Assembly (NCBI GenBank): GCA_016748015.1
Contig: JAAOMT010000553.1
Span: forward strand, 214,923 to 278,922
Direction: 5' to 3'
Origin: Geosiphon pyriformis uo1
Taxonomy: Eukaryota; Fungi; Glomeromycota
Length of the DNA: 64,000 nucleotides
The notes beneath the pieces were generated by a model that searched no databases, was not told the DNA's origin, and saw only the letters and a program-made list of their open reading frames with translations. The translations under genes were made by a program, and so were the position numbers. This document shows, piece by piece, positions 1 through 14,119 of this stretch (position 1 is its first letter; every line of letters starts with the position of its first letter).

Positions 1-560
1 TCAATCTTGCCCTTCTCAATCTTTCAAACACTTGTTGAAAATAATGTAGATGGTCATCAAATGTCTTGAAAAACACATTGGTGTCATCTAAGTAAACAAC
101 TACTAATTTTCACAGTAGTCTAGTATAGACAATTTCTATAAGCCATTAAAATATTGCTGGAGCATTTATCAAGCCAAATGGTATTACTTCGAACTCAAAA
201 TTTTTTTTCTGGGTTGTGAAAGCTGTCTTCTTTTTATCTTCTGGTTTCATGGCTACTTACCAGTAATTACTGTCTAAGTCCAAAGTTGAGAACCATTTTT
301 TTCCTCCAAAAGCATCGAAAAGTTCTTGGATCTTTGGAGTTGGATAGCTATCTCCTTTTGTTACTCTATTTAGTTTCCAGTAATCCACACAAAAGCAGAT
401 TTTTCTATTTTTCTTATGGACTAATACCATTGGTAATAACCATGGGCTTATTAATGACTGAATTAGCCTGTTGTCAAGCATTTGATTGATTTCTTGATGA
501 ATGATTTCATGGCTGGCTGGTGGTACTCTGTATGCTCTCTGTTTAATTGGCATTGTATTT
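1..560 (-). pseudogene. pol: Reverse transcriptase of element A (partial)
   Basis: PIKQRAYRVP, KICFCVDYWKLN, FSTLDLDSNYW, KTAFTT, PFGLINAPAIF and VVYLDDTNVF motifs. Confidence 0.95.
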
Positions 561-1129
561 CTAGTCTTGATTTGATGCTGGATAATATCAGTTCTGCCAA
601 ATTCGTTTTCACTGACAAAGATGTTATTGAAGTTGTTAAGTAACATCTTGAGTTCTATACATTGTAGTGGATCTAGATTTTCCAAGTTCATCTGTTCCAA
701 CTGTTCTGGTTGGAGCAGATAACATTTTTCTTGTCTGTATATGGTTTGAGATATAATATCTACATATCCACACAGTTGTGAAAAGTTTGGAATAGTGTTT
801 GGAAGTTGGTTCTCAATTTCTGTAGTCAAACATTCAATGGTGGTTCCTTCCAGTATCTCAATGATATTTCCCATGTTATTATAAATGGGAATTTTAATGT
901 GTTTGTGGTTTTTGGCTGGTATGTATAGATTGACTAATCCAATCTTTTCTGATTTACAAAGTGTTGTTTCTGCTTCAAACATCTAAACCTGATCTTTTAC
1001 TTTTCTTTCTATGACTACTATGTATTAATTATATGGTGAAATAGAGATTGATTGACAGATAGAGATAATTTCTTTCTTGTCAATAATCTTTTCTTCCACC
1101 ATATTGACTGGTACATCTATTCTACTTGT

Positions 1130-1520
1130 GGACCCGAATTCCTGCATCCCTCTAGCTGTAATCCCTAATTCTTTCCTGTTTCCTACTGACACTAACTGAG
1201 CTATTTTTATCAGAGGTAGAAATATTGTCTGTGCTATTTTTTGTTTGGCTCTATAATATAGGCTTTTTCAGAGTCATTCTGTAGCATTACAATAATGTTT
1301 TCTACATATCCTGTATTAATTATTCCTCTTCTGATGTTTATTCCCTTTTTTGCTAAACTACTCTTAGATGCTAGTTGAACCATTGTTGTTGCTGGGATTT
1401 CCAGTGCTATTTTGAAATCAATATAGATGTGCAAATGTGGTTCTAATTTGATGGTGTCTTTTCTGGGATATTTCAGATCAAATCTTACATCAGTATCATG
1501 TGCACATTCTGGCATAATAC
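1130..1520 (-). pseudogene. dUTPase domain in pol of element A
   Basis: Degenerate dUTPase motifs 1-5: AHDTDVRFDL, ASKSSLA, GIINTGY, IAQTIF, RGMQEFGST. Confidence 0.9.
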
Positions 1521-2659
1521 TTTCATTATTATTACTGAACCATCTGAGTTTCTGCTTTTTGGAGAGATCAAGAAGTGTGATGTATGTTTTGGAATTTGAA
1601 TTGGAGTCTGAATCATTGTTATTTTCATTGCCATATTGAGCAGAGCTAGAACCATTGTTTTCATTATTATTGTTGTTGGAGTTTGAATCAGAATTGAAAA
1701 TTGATTCCAATTCTAATGCACAGCTGCTGATTGGTCTTTTTTCTTCTGAAATTGTGTAGATTATGCATAGTAGTGGATTGTAAATAAGGTTACAATCATC
1801 ACAATATTCAAAATCACTGGAAATTAAACAATGTTAGCATAGTCTGGTATTTAATTCTTCTAGCTGTTGTTCCTGTTCTTTTTTTGTTAGTGCTAGGTTC
1901 TGATAGTGCTTGTGAAATTCCTTTGGGCCTGCTTTAATATCAAAAAAAACATCAGAATTTGGAATGAAAACTGTCTCTACTGGTTCTGATGAATTGTTTT
2001 TAATTTCTAAAATTTCACTGGACATGGTTTCTTCAACTTTGGCCTTCACTATTCTCCAGATCTCATCTTCATTGTGTAAATAACTGTCCAAGTGAGAGAT
2101 TGCTCGGTGCCAGGCAGCAGTTATTGGCATACCATGACTCATCCAATCACTGATGAGGATCATGTATTGGCACAAAGCATCACACATTCTTCCTTGACCA
2201 GGAATGTTGTTCCACATTCCTTTATTGAGCAATTGTTCTCTACAAGTGAGACATGATTTGTTGTCTTACTTGTCTTATTTTTTTGGATAGCCATAACATT
2301 TATGGTGGCAAGGCTTGCAATAATAATGAGTTCTTGTCCAATAATTTTTGTTTGGTGCAATCCATGTTTCCATAAAAGAGAGTTTCTTGCTACAGTTCTT
2401 ATATTTTAGGGGAATATATGATGGTTCTTTTATTGGCTCACATGAATACTCTCTTTCCCACCCACTAGTTATTTTCTCTGTAGTAGTGTCTTCTTCTGGT
2501 GTATCTTCTTCCTTTTTTTTTCTTTGTCATTCCAGGAAAATACTGGTGGTAGCTCATTGTGTTCGGTATTGGCCCAGGAAACTTGGTATGCTTTCCAAGT
2601 AGGTTTTTTTTTTTTTTTTTTTAATTTAATAAGTGGCTTGTCATTAGTAATGGTTTTGA

Positions 2660-3040
2660 AGTGTCCACACATAACTGGTACATATGTGTGTTGACCATTC
2701 TGGCTCAGTTGAAGCTCTTGTGTATTCTAATTAAGGGTCACATTGGTTTTGGACAGCCAATCATTACCAACAAGTGCTTGGTACTGGATTGCTTCTATTA
2801 CCAATACCTTGATTAGTATTATGATGCCATTGACTTCAAATGGGAAGTTGTTTATTTTACCAATTGGAGTTTTGGTTGCTCTATTAGCTGTTATAATTCT
2901 GGTGCTGGCAGCATGATTAACTCAGCAATCTAATTGATCCATGAGTTGTCATGTGATGATGCTGTCAGCTAATCCATTGTCTAGAATCAATTTAATGTGC
3001 TGTCCATCAACTTTAGCATCCATATATATTGTGGTAATGA
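2660..3040 (-). pseudogene. Retroviral-type aspartic protease of element A
   Basis: DAKVDGQHIKLILDNGLADSII (decayed ILDSGSAGSII) and downstream QYQALVGNDWL. Confidence 0.85.
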
Positions 3041-3649
3041 GTTTTGATTCTAGGACAGCTCTACTGAATAGTGGTGTTTTAACTGGTTTTTTGAATTCAA
3101 AAGGGAAGATAGCAATAAGTAATTTATTCTCAGTAATGATTGCTAATGGGATATTGTTGGTAAGTGGCTGCTTTTATTTGGTTTCCAAGTTGTGAGATGT
3201 GGCATTTTCAGAAGTTACTAGGAGACTTAAATAGTTCTGGGAACATGGGTTTTGGGTGTATCCAGTTCCTAAACTCCACTGGTGTAATCCTAATGGCTGG
3301 TTGGAGAGGCTGGAAATTGGTTGGTAGACAATCATTGCTGATTGCCAGTTTTAGGTGGTCCTTGATCTGAGATTTCCTGATGTCATCTGAACTGGTGGGA
3401 TTGAAATTGATTGGGATTGATATATTACTTGAGACTGTGGCTGATAGATAGGTTGAAACTGTGGTTGATATATGATGAGTGTTGTCAACTGATAAATTAG
3501 AGCTTGATATACAAGTAGTTGATAAATTAGTTGTTGTGTCATTTGGGTGTAATAAGATGAGTGTTGATCTTGATTTGGATATTGATTCAGAGCTTGAAAT
3601 CTGCGATTGGGGTTTTGATATTGGTTTCCCAATCATTGGTTTTCTATTC

Positions 3650-5430
3650 TTAACCTATAGTTGATTCTCAAATGTCTTTGTTTACTACAGTAGTAACAAA
3701 TACATGTTTCCTGTTGCCACTGTTAATTGGTCACAAATGATGAATGTGATTAATTCTGGAAATGATTCACGTTTTCTTAATTATTGCGTCATTGTGGAGG
3801 TTGATAAACTGCCTGATTGTTAGCTAAGTATCTTTCTAATTTTTTGTCAATGGAATCACTAAATTGTTTCAGCTTAGAATCTAATTTAGATGATCCGTTT
3901 ATTATTAGATTGATGGCTTGTGTGTAATTAGTTTCGAGTTTGGCAGATTTGAAATCCCATGCATTAGTAATTATGTCTTGGAGAGTTTATGAGTGCATTG
4001 GATGTATGCATTAGAGGATACTACTGTACAGTCCATAAATGAACTGGTTTAGAATCTGTGATACTGTAAAATAGTCAGCTTGGATTGCTTGAATTTGGTG
4101 CAAGTTTCTGTAGAAACATCCTAGATAAGTGGTAACTGCTTTAGTCTTTCCCTGTTTAATTGTGATGAAGGTGTTGGCTAGGTGATTAATACTGTTATTA
4201 TTACTGAAATATCTTAAAAATTCTAGCTTGAATGTGTCAAAAGTTTGGGGTTTCTGGGCCAAATTCTGATACCACAAGTCAGCAGTATTCTGAAGAAAAT
4301 AGAAGATGGCTTGAAGGACTCTTGTGTCATTTTATCCATTGGCCGTGATGGCCTTTTCAATATTATTGAGTCATATTTGGGCATCATTTTCTTTGCCAGT
4401 AAACTTCTTGAGTTTTGCTATTGGAGTATAGGCCATTGGGTCCAAGTTTGGTTGTTGTTGTGGTGGTAATTAAATTAGAGATTGTGGTAGTGATTGTTGT
4501 GGTGCATCAACTGATGGTGAGTTGATGATTATTACTGGAAGTAAGTTTTGTTAATTATTAATGTTGGAGTTTAGATTGTTCTGATTGTGAGGAGTTTGAA
4601 GATTCAGAGTTTCAATTTCTGGATTTTTTACAATTGGGTTTTGCTAAGTTTGAACATTTGGGGTTTTAATTTCCGGGTTTTCAGCAATCGGGTTTTGGTA
4701 ATTAAATTCTTGATTGTCATCTTTCTCTTCTTTTGATTTGGTTATTTTCCACGAATCAGCTGTTCTAAAATCTGGTTGAGGTGGCAGTGATCAAAATTCT
4801 GATGGTGTAAGCGATCATAATTTAAATTCCTCAAAATAATCACCATAAGTTCTTAATAATTCTGCTTTTTTTTGTTTACTTTGAAATGGGAGTTATTTAA
4901 ATGTTAATGTCACATTTGATGTGAACATGTCTGTTAATGTGATGTTAATGGTACTACTGAGTATGTAATAATATGATGGGTATAGTGAAAATTTGATTTT
5001 TTGTTTTTTCCACATTGGCAATTATACTCCTCTTGGTGTTACTGCTGGTGTTTGTAATTTTTCTTTACCCTTATTTGCATAGGTAATAAGGAATTGTTGT
5101 TGAGTGTATTTTTCAATTTCTTGATTAATTTCTTTGATAATTGGTGCAAAACTGTAATTTTATGGTAAGCTGGTGTGTTGGATTAATTCTGTATAAAAAT
5201 TTTCTCTTGCTAATTCAATGTTAACTGGTCTTCTTAGAAAATCTGTAATTCTTTTATTGATGTAAAAGTTGAAGACTGATTTTGCTGAATAATGATTGTT
5301 GGTTAAGCCTAATTGTTGACTGTACTGTTGGAATAAAAATTTAGCAAATCCTAAATAGTTTGTTCCTATTATTTCTGATTCTACTACTTTTGGATGGTTG
5401 TTGTTGGTACTGGTTTTCTGTAGGATTATA
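3650..5430 (-). pseudogene. gag: gag of element A
   Basis: WYQNL..FDTFKLEFLRYF..IKQGKTKAV capsid-like region; decayed CX2CX4HX4C knuckle near 3660-3705. Confidence 0.9.
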
Positions 5431-5447
5431 CCTTACAAAAAGCACCA
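5431..5447 (-). promoter_or_regulatory. Primer-binding site of element A
   Basis: TGGTGCTTTTTGTAAGG 2 nt after the LTR end. Consensus across copies is TGGTGCTCTCTGTGAGG, complementary to a tRNA ending GAGCACCA (elongator Met or Ile-UAU type; not resolved). Confidence 0.85.
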
Positions 5448-5449
5448 AA

Positions 5450-6285
5450 TGTTACAAATGATTATTTGGGATCTCAAATCAAATAACAAAACCTGTAACT
5501 TGGTGCTCAAAAGCTATTCGTAATGGTGGTAATCTGAAGGTTTTGTTCTGGAGTTCTTTGTATAATGGACAGAGATTCAATAATTGTTTCAATAGTCTCC
5601 CAGAATTGCAATTCTGTCAAATTTTTTTCTCAGCATAGTGGCTGGTAATCTTTCTGGTAAGCTATTATCAAATTTATGAATGTTCTACTCTTGTTTCATG
5701 GATTTTTTACCAGTTCCTATGATGTCTATAATTCAGCACTTTAATCTTTAATTAATTAGTAAACCCAAAAAAAATACAAAATAAAATAAAAAAAAATAAA
5801 AAAAAATAAAAAAATAAACAAAAGCAATTGCAAGTTAGTATCTCGTCAATAGCCATAATCAAGAGCTATTGTTCCAGTGTGGTTAAATATCAATTGCTAT
5901 CAACATGAAGTGTTAATAGTGAGAAGTGGATTGAAGATATTAAATAATTATTTATTGATATTTGTAATGTGAAAGATTGCTTAGATTAAATCTAAACTGA
6001 AAAGTTTGTCTTTTCTACTTTTAATGCTACTGTTATATATACATAATTGAGATTCCTCAATTCTTCAATTCTTCACCCCAGAAATTCAGGAATTCCTGGA
6101 ATCCTGCAATTTCTTTGAGAGAAATTCTGGAATTCTGGAATTTTGCAATTCTTTGTATGAGAATTCTGAAATTCCTAGAATCCTGCAATTCCTCTAAGAA
6201 GAATCCTGGAATTCCATATTTACTACAGTTACTTCTGATTGGCTAATTTATATACTAATATATTTCCTATATTCTATGAATAACA
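5450..6285 (-). repeat. 5' LTR of element A (A-type, 836 bp)
   Basis: TGTTA...TAACA termini; homologous to 25336-26132, 41636-42509, 46597-47421 and 50992-51846; GGAATTCC-like subrepeats at about 6075-6215. Confidence 0.95.
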
Positions 6286-7670
6286 CCACTCAACAAATAC
6301 CACTACCTGAGCCATAGCTGAAATTCTTCATATATTTGATAAAAACATTGAGTACTACACAGAAAAATACTACTCTCAAGTAAAACAACCAGCAAGGTCT
6401 GATCTTAAAAAATATGAGTCCGAATCCAATAGCACAATAGCCACATAAAAACAAACTCACTTTACAATTAACAAGAAACCAAAATTTCTTTCTCCAACAA
6501 CTCCATCATACCATTAGATACTGAGAAGTAGAATTATATTTAACCCAATCATAGAAACTCAGACAGAAACACCACAAATTTTCAGAAATTAATATTCTTG
6601 AAGTCATAACAGTTGGACCAGATCCCTAGAAGAATATAAATTATTGTTCAGAAATCTAACTCTTATAGCTAATAAAACAAGAAGAGACACATTAACTTGA
6701 AAACTACCAAGAGCATAAATCCTAACAAAATCAACAACCATGTCAATAGAGAAAATGTTTATTAAACAACCAAGTAATTTCAAAAACAAAGAGAAACAAC
6801 CAGTCTTAGCACCAAAAAAACCCCTTAGTATGCAAACACCAAACCCCTTAGTATCAACCAGTAAGATTCCACTTACCCATCAAATTATGGCTTACTGAGA
6901 TATTGCCAAATTAAAAAAATTCTCAAGAGAAAAAAACAATACATATATATGGATTACTAAAACTGAAAAAGCCATCACTACTAACAACTAGAATAATACT
7001 AAGACCATTCAAGCTTTGCCTTTTTTTTTGATAGGAACCACAGACTTATGGTATCAAAGCCTAACAGAAAAACCAACCAACTTTGCCATCTTTAAACTTG
7101 TCTTTTTATGATACTTTTGCAATTCCAATACTTTTATCAGATTACAAAATCAATTCAATATAATAAAACAAAAAGACCACAAAGTAATGACTATTTATCT
7201 TGGACAATTCAACCAAGTTTTTTATCAAATACTGGCAATTGAAAGGAACTACTATACTGAGATGCAAGTTCTTAATTAATTCATTAAGAGATTAAGAAGC
7301 AGCCTCTTGAGATCTGTGAGACCCCAACATACAACAAATCTACCAGATGTCATTGCTCTTGCTTATAATTTTGAGTTAACAGAACAAAAAGCCAATCATA
7401 TTCAAGCTGTTAATTTAGCCATTAATGGAACCACAGACATTGATACAAAGATAATTCAATTAAGTAAAAAATTAACTCAGAAAATTGAGAAATTTTTAAT
7501 TAGTACTATGGAAACTTATCAGCCATTTCAATAAAGAAACAATAATAGCAGTAGGTACTACTAACAACAGAAATATTAGCAACAACAACAACCTTAAAGA
7601 TCCAACTCCCACAATTGTTATTATTGTCAAAAACCTAAACATATTGTCTAAAATTGCCAACAAAAATTAG
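6286..7670 (+). pseudogene. gag: gag of element B
   Basis: WYQSLTEKP capsid-like region; knuckle CYYCQKPKHIV*NC at about 7616-7657. Confidence 0.88.
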
Positions 7671-8229
7671 CAGATCAGAATTAAAGAACTTAATACCAAC
7701 ACCCAAAGTATTCTCAAACAATAGGACTTCAATACCCCATGTCTCAGTATTCACTGTCCCAATATGCACAATTAATTATGTATATTTAACAATCACTTCA
7801 GAACTACTATTAGCCATTACAGCCAATGACTCAAATAGCACCACAGTACTAAAATTCTGTTTATAATCTACTTAAACCTCGTATGATTGACTACAACCAA
7901 GAATAGAAGAACCTTAGCAACAATTAAATGCAGACTAACAGTGGATCATCATAACTTCTCAATCAGGGTAATGTCTCATTTCAACTAGCACCAACTGAAT
8001 ACCCAAATCAAGCCTCATATCTCAGTCTCACTAAAAGCCAGAATTTTTTTAGTTTTACATCTTTAAAAAAGAAGAATATAGAAAAAATGTCCAACCCTTT
8101 AAGTCAAAATCAAACCAATAATATTATTCTACCTGCCACTATTACTGAAAATACCATTTTTGTTACTATTTTCTTCTTTAACATTGACCATTTGAACACC
8201 AATAGTCTTTTTAGTAAAGCTGCTATTAA

Positions 8230-8600
8230 TTAAGATAAACCAATAACTGCCCTGTATACTGATGTTAGAGTTAGAAACATAAACATCAAATTAATTCTTA
8301 ATAGTAGATCAACAGATAGTATAATTACAAAGCAATTCATAGATCAATTAGGTCATCAAGTAGACCATGCAACTACTGCTTAAATTATAACCACAGACAG
8401 AAATACTAAAACCCCAATAGGAGAAATTGACAAAATTTAAATTCTCACTAAAGTGCTCATTATAGAGGCCACTCAATATCAAGCCTTCATAAGAAACAAT
8501 TGGTTAGCCAAAGCTAATGCTATCATTAACTGGAATATGCAGAAACTACAAATTACTTTTAATAGACAGCATACATAAGTTCTGACTACATATAGATATT
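8230..8600 (+). pseudogene. Aspartic protease of element B
   Basis: IKLILNSRSTDSIIT (decayed DSGS) and QYQAFIRNNWL. Confidence 0.8.
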
Positions 8601-9639
8601 TTAAAGCTCAAAGCCCAGAAAAACTGCCAATTGAATTTGAAAACTCAATACCACTACCAACAATAAAGATTTATCAAGTTTTTTGGGCTGATGATTACCA
8701 AATAAAGTTACCTTCACTATCAACTTAAGAAAAAAAAGGCAAAGAAAAAGCAGAAGAAGAACTACAATCAGCACCTGCAGGCTATTCCATCCCAAATCAA
8801 GGAAATCAATGGTATTAAACTCCAAAATTAATTTGTGTTGACTGGAAAAAAGTTATCTTCTATGAGTGTATATATTGGAGATGATGAGAAATGGCCAACT
8901 ATCACCAAATATTACTGCAGACCTTGTGTATTAGAAAGATTTGGCAGACCAAAATAACAAGGCAAATGGGATAATACATCATGCTTTGCCTGTGATAAGA
9001 TCTTATTAGATGAAGGACTATGAAATAATGTTCCCAGCAGAAAAAGAATATATGACAAAGTATGTTAATATACTATCTTGATAATAATTGAATACAAAAA
9101 GAAACCTTGATCAAAAATGCTTGAAGACAAATACTCAGTAGATTGAACAATTACTCACATGATGAACACAAAATATGGAGAATGGCAAGTGCCAAAGCTA
9201 AAAGTACCACACTTGGTGAAATACAAAAAATTAAAGAAAATTCATTTACATTAAAATACGATAGACCCAACTATATTATAGAAAATTTTTTCACAGATAA
9301 CCCAAATGTATTTCAAGATTGATACTAGGAATTAGTCTCAATCCAAGAAGAGCAAAAACAGTGGCTAGCTAATCTAAACACAAAACTGTGTAATTATTGT
9401 TTGATCTCTTGTCACTTTCAGTACTGCAACGAATGTGATTTCATGTTCAATTCACCTTCAAGAAAACTATATCCAATCACTAAACTACTTGAGCCCAAGG
9501 TAGAAGAAGAATTAATTACCAAGGACATGTCATTTCAAGATTCAACTAAGGATACTGAAACAGAGCAGTATTTTGTGTATCTTAATCTTTCCAAAGAATT
9601 AGAATTAAAATGGTACAGTGACAATGAAAAAAAAATCTG

Positions 9640-10035
9640 TTCTAAAAGAGCATATGACACTGATGCTGGTTTCAATCTATAATACTTTGGACAATCACTT
9701 ATAATTATAGTCTCATATTCTCTTGTAACAATAGATCTTAAGATAGTGTTAAAAATTTCTGTTAATATAATGGTACAAGTTGCCTTCCAATTCAGTCTAG
9801 CCAAGAAAAGAATTGATGTAAAAAAAAATCATTAATACTGATTATACAGAAAACATCATCGTAATGCTACAAAACAATTCAGACAAACTTTACAAAATAA
9901 AATCACAAGAAAAAATTGTCCAAGCTATTTTTCTACTTTTAATCAAAATACTTCAATTAACCCTGGTAACAACCCAAAAAGAATTAGGCCTTACTGCTTA
10001 AGGAATCAATAGATTTGGATCAAATGAAAGAGGAA
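9640..10035 (+). pseudogene. dUTPase domain of element B
   Basis: RAYDTDAGFNL, SLAKK, KIVQAIF and GINRFGS motifs. Confidence 0.88.
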
Positions 10036-10549
10036 ACATACCAGTCAACTTTATGGAGGAAGACAGTAACCAAATAGAACTTATCTACACTAACACAATC
10101 ATCTCCATCCTCTTATATTAACAATACATCCTTAAAGTAAATCAAAAAATTTAAGATTAAGCCCTGTTATTTGAAGCTGATCTTGAAATCTGTTCCCTAA
10201 CTGATGTTTTTAACTTATATCTACTGGCCAAAGCCTATAAACACTTCAAAATTTTCATCTACAATCCCACAAAAGATGTCATTGAAATCCTTAAAGAGAC
10301 TCTTATTGGCTTTATCTTCCCAAACATTCAATATTCTGAAAAACCTCAGCCCATTCTAGATTTTATACAGCTATTCTTATTTTGTGATATTACCTCACAA
10401 GTATAGAACTTGCCAAAATAAATTTATTTGTTTATACCAAAAGAAATTAACAAACTACACTTGAAAAATCTGAGTACTTTTCAGCAAATGCAATTTAAGA
10501 TTCTCTTGAATTAATATGTCAATGTCTTTGCTAACAAAAATGAGTTCAA

Positions 10550-11840
10550 ATGCACTGACATTGTGAAACATCAGATTGATATAGAAAATGCATGACCTAT
10601 TAAACAGTGGGCTTACTAAGTGCTTTTATTTGGTGATAATCTAATTAAACAAGAAGTACAATGAATGTTTGACAATGGCTTGATTAAAGAATCACTAAGT
10701 CCTTGGTTTTCTTTAGTAGTCCTAGTTACCAAGAAAAACAGGAAAATAAAATTTTGTGTAGACTACCAAAAACTAAACAGTGTTATCTAAGAAGATAATT
10801 ATCCCACATCTCTTATTCAAGAAATTCTAGACAATTTAAAAAACAAAAAATGGTTTTCATTATTAGATTTAGCCAATGAATATTGGCAGATTGAAATAGA
10901 TTCTAAAAACAAAGAAAAAATGGCATTTACCATTTAAGACAGAAACTTTGAGTTCAACATAATGCCTTTTGGACTCTGCAACACTTCCACTACTTTCTAG
11001 CATCTTATGGATGTTGTGTACAAAAGAATCTTATAGAAATCTATTATAGTATACTTTGACAACACCAATGTCTTCTTGGAAACATTTAACAATTACTTGT
11101 TTTATCTTTAGCAAGTTTTTGAATGTCTTCATAGTGTCAGATTAAAACTCAATCCTGATAAATGCTTCTTTAGAAAGACTGAGTTAAAATTCTTAGGACA
11201 CGTAATTGGCAAAAATGAAGTCAAACTTGATCCAGATAAGGTCCAAAGAGTTAAAGATTTTCTAGCTCCAATTAATCTTAGAGAATTATAAAAATTGGCA
11301 GGATTGATAGGATACTATCAACAATTCATCAAAGAATTCTCAACTATCACAAAACCACTTCACCAGTTGTTGTCCAAACACATACAGTACCTATGGAAAA
11401 AAGACCAACAGAAAGTATTCAACTATTTTAAGCAGTGATTGATCACATCTCCAATTTTAATTTATTCAGACTTCACTAAATAGTTTATTGTCACTACAGA
11501 TGTCTCAAAAAATGCTCTAGAAGCAGTCTTATTACAAATAAAACCAAACAATAGAAAACATTTAATTACTTATACTAGTTATAGTACTAGTTCAACAGAA
11601 AAGAATTACAGCACAACAAATCTGGAATGTCTTACTATTTATTGGACTGTACAGATGTGAAGACATTATCTCAGTTTGCTCTTTGATTTATATACTAATC
11701 ATAAAAAACTTGTTTAGTTATTTAATAATTCACAACTAAAGAAAAAATATACAAGATAAAGTATTTATCTACAACAATTCCTACTCAAAGTTTATTACAA
11801 GAAAAGATCCAAAAACACCAATGCTGACAGTTTTTTAAAA
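10550..11840 (+). pseudogene. pol: RT and RNase H of element B
   Basis: KIKFCVDYQKLN, MPFGLCNT, VYFDNTN (decayed YLDD), FIVTTDVS, EKNYSTTNLEC. Confidence 0.93.
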
Positions 11841-11869
11841 ATGTTACAAACTTAATCCCAGACCCATGA

Positions 11870-13220
11870 ACACAACAAATTACTACCAACTACATCAGTA
11901 TCTATCAACATTATATTTCAAAGAGATATTATCTCAACAAGAACAAAGTACTATACAAAAACAAGCCTGAAATTATTTTATTCAAGACAACCAACTATAT
12001 TAATGAGAATGCCAAAACTGTTTTATCCCATAATAAGTTATCAAAAACAATAAAAAGGAAACTATATTACATAATATACATTCTGATCCAACCACAGAAC
12101 ACTTTAACAAAAATACTACTTTCAAAAGAACTCTAAATTTATACTATTGGCCAACAATATACAAAGATATTTTTGAATATATGCTCAATTGTGACTTATG
12201 CTAGTAAAAAGGAAGAGCCAGAACAATAAAACTATTTTGACCCATTCCAGTTGGAAATCCATTTAATAGAATCAGAATCAATTTAGTTGGTCTTCTTTCT
12301 ATAACATCCAAATGAAATTATTACATTACTGTAGCCATAGACTACTTGACAAAATGGCCAGAAGCCAGAGCCATCCAAGTAGCCAACACTAAAACAGTAG
12401 CTGAGTTTATATACCAAGATCTAATTTGTAGATACAGATGCCTAAAAGAACTGCTATCTAATCAAGAAACACATTTTGTCAATAATATGTTAACCAAATT
12501 AAGTCAACAGTTTGGAATAAAACATCCTTTATTGTCACCATATTACCCATAAACAAATAAACTGGTAGAACAATTTAACTGAACACTATATAAAGCATTA
12601 ACAAAAATAAGTCATGAAAACAAACAAGAATAGGACTTATTCATATCTTCTATACTCTTTGCATACCAAACACTAAAACAAAATATAACTCAGTTTACAC
12701 CATTTGAATTAGTCTATAAAAGAAAAACCACTCTACTTATTGAAAGAGAAATACAGTTGTACTTAACAGAAGTTATTACCAAAGAGAATTTCGAAGCAAC
12801 CTTATACCATAGGACATATTAGCTTATAGAAATATTAAAAAATAATCATAGAACAGCAGCTGACAACATTAGTAATGCTTAGAAACAACAAAAAAAAGAC
12901 ATGATAAATGTCTACCTAAACAACCAATGGAATTCAAAATTGGAGACCAAGTACTATTATATTGTACAAAAGCTAAGAAACAGTAGAATGAAAAATTCAA
13001 CCCAAAGTGAGACAGTCCATTTCACATACATGAAGTTTTAGGCAATAAAACTTACAAATTATAATTAGAAGACAGAATTTTAAAGAAAGTAGTGCATGGA
13101 AATTGGTTAAAAATTTATCAGGTAAAACAAAAATTATTATTATCAATATTTCAACTAGAAACACAAATTTCATTAATCAGACCAAAAGATATACTATGAA
13201 ATCTAAAACCAATTATTATC
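11870..13220 (+). pseudogene. pol: Integrase of element B
   Basis: HSDP..H and C..C zinc motif, DYLTKWPEARAI, LLSNQETHF, GPF/Y-type C-terminal module; no chromodomain seen. Confidence 0.93.
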
Positions 13221-13229
13221 ATCATATTA

Positions 13230-14023
13230 TAAACAATGTGCAGCAAATTAAAATTAAGAAATTAAAATATATATAACTTCTAAAAAGCAGCAAGAAATAA
13301 TAGAACTTTCAACATGGATCTGTCAGATTAAATTCTACAACTCTTAAAACAACTATTTGACACAATTCAACAATCTTCTGCTCAAATAAAAGTGATAATT
13401 AATAAAAAAAAAAATGATATAAAGATAGAAGCAAGAAAAGGGAGGGCAAGAGTTCAACTAAAACTAAACAGTTCCATCCCTATTCAATATTTGAGAAGGG
13501 AAATTGAAGAAAAAATTCCTCTTAGATGAGACAAAAAAGAAAAGAAGTTTATAAAAAAAGATACTTAGTTTCTGAGCTTATAAATAATAAAGAAGCTTTA
13601 GCTCAGGGGATCAATCTCCTTAAAACAGGAGAATAGACACCAGACAACACCCAAAAATGAAAAAAAAAACTTCCTTCAGCATATTGATTCTATAAAATTG
13701 GTGAACAATTAAATTTGAAGACACTATATAAAGATTTCAGTCAGAAAATTTTTAACAAAGAAGCAATACAACAAATAGAAAAATTTGTAGGGAAAAGCAA
13801 TCTGATTCTATATTACAAAACAGCATACGAACTATATGTTACTTTCTAACATTGTCCAAATATACTATTATATGGATTTATAAAAACTATAAAAGTTAAT
13901 AACATAGAATAAATAACCAATTAATAGTTCAAAGACCTATAAAAAATAATACTCAATGCAACCATTAAACACTACATAAATGAAGTTATGATAACAGATA
14001 CATATAATATTACAGGAGCTTAA
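13230..14023 (+). pseudogene. ORF3 homologue of element B (unknown function)
   Basis: Decayed frame ..YYKTAYELYVTF..IKVNNIE*ITN**FKDL*KII.. aligns by eye with ORF 15156-15767. Confidence 0.65.
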
Positions 14024-14027
14024 TTCT

Positions 14028-14119
14028 AAAAAAGAGAGAAATAATGTTATCTGAGTAGAAAAACCAATCCAAAGTTATAAAGAAATGTGACCAAAATGTA
14101 ACATAATACAGAATAGCAT
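14028..14119 (+). repeat. PPT and first 75 bp (14045-14119) of the 3' LTR of element B
   Basis: AAAAAGAGAGAAATAA followed by TGTTATCTGAGTAGAAAAACC, matching the reverse complement of the LTR end at 27452. Confidence 0.9.

Larger units (their letters stand above)
1..6285 (-). mobile_element. Ty3/Gypsy LTR retrotransposon, element A (A-type LTR); 3' half lies beyond the window start; inserted into gag of element B
   Basis: 5' LTR 5450-6285, PBS, gag with CCHC knuckle, protease, dUTPase and RT in order on the minus strand; many stops and frameshifts. Confidence 0.95.
6286..14119 (+). mobile_element. Ty3/Gypsy element B (B-type LTR); 5' end cut by element A, 3' LTR cut by element C
   Basis: gag-PR-dUTPase-RT-RH-IN-ORF3, PPT, then 75 bp of LTR; collinear with element F. 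Confidence 0.95.

Noticed and set aside
5320-5432. Intron right after the PBS (xAG|GTATAA...CAG|TAC) joining an LTR ORF to gag
   Set aside because: The phase fits in A, but the acceptor is not conserved in E and the gag frame is open and protein-like through the interval
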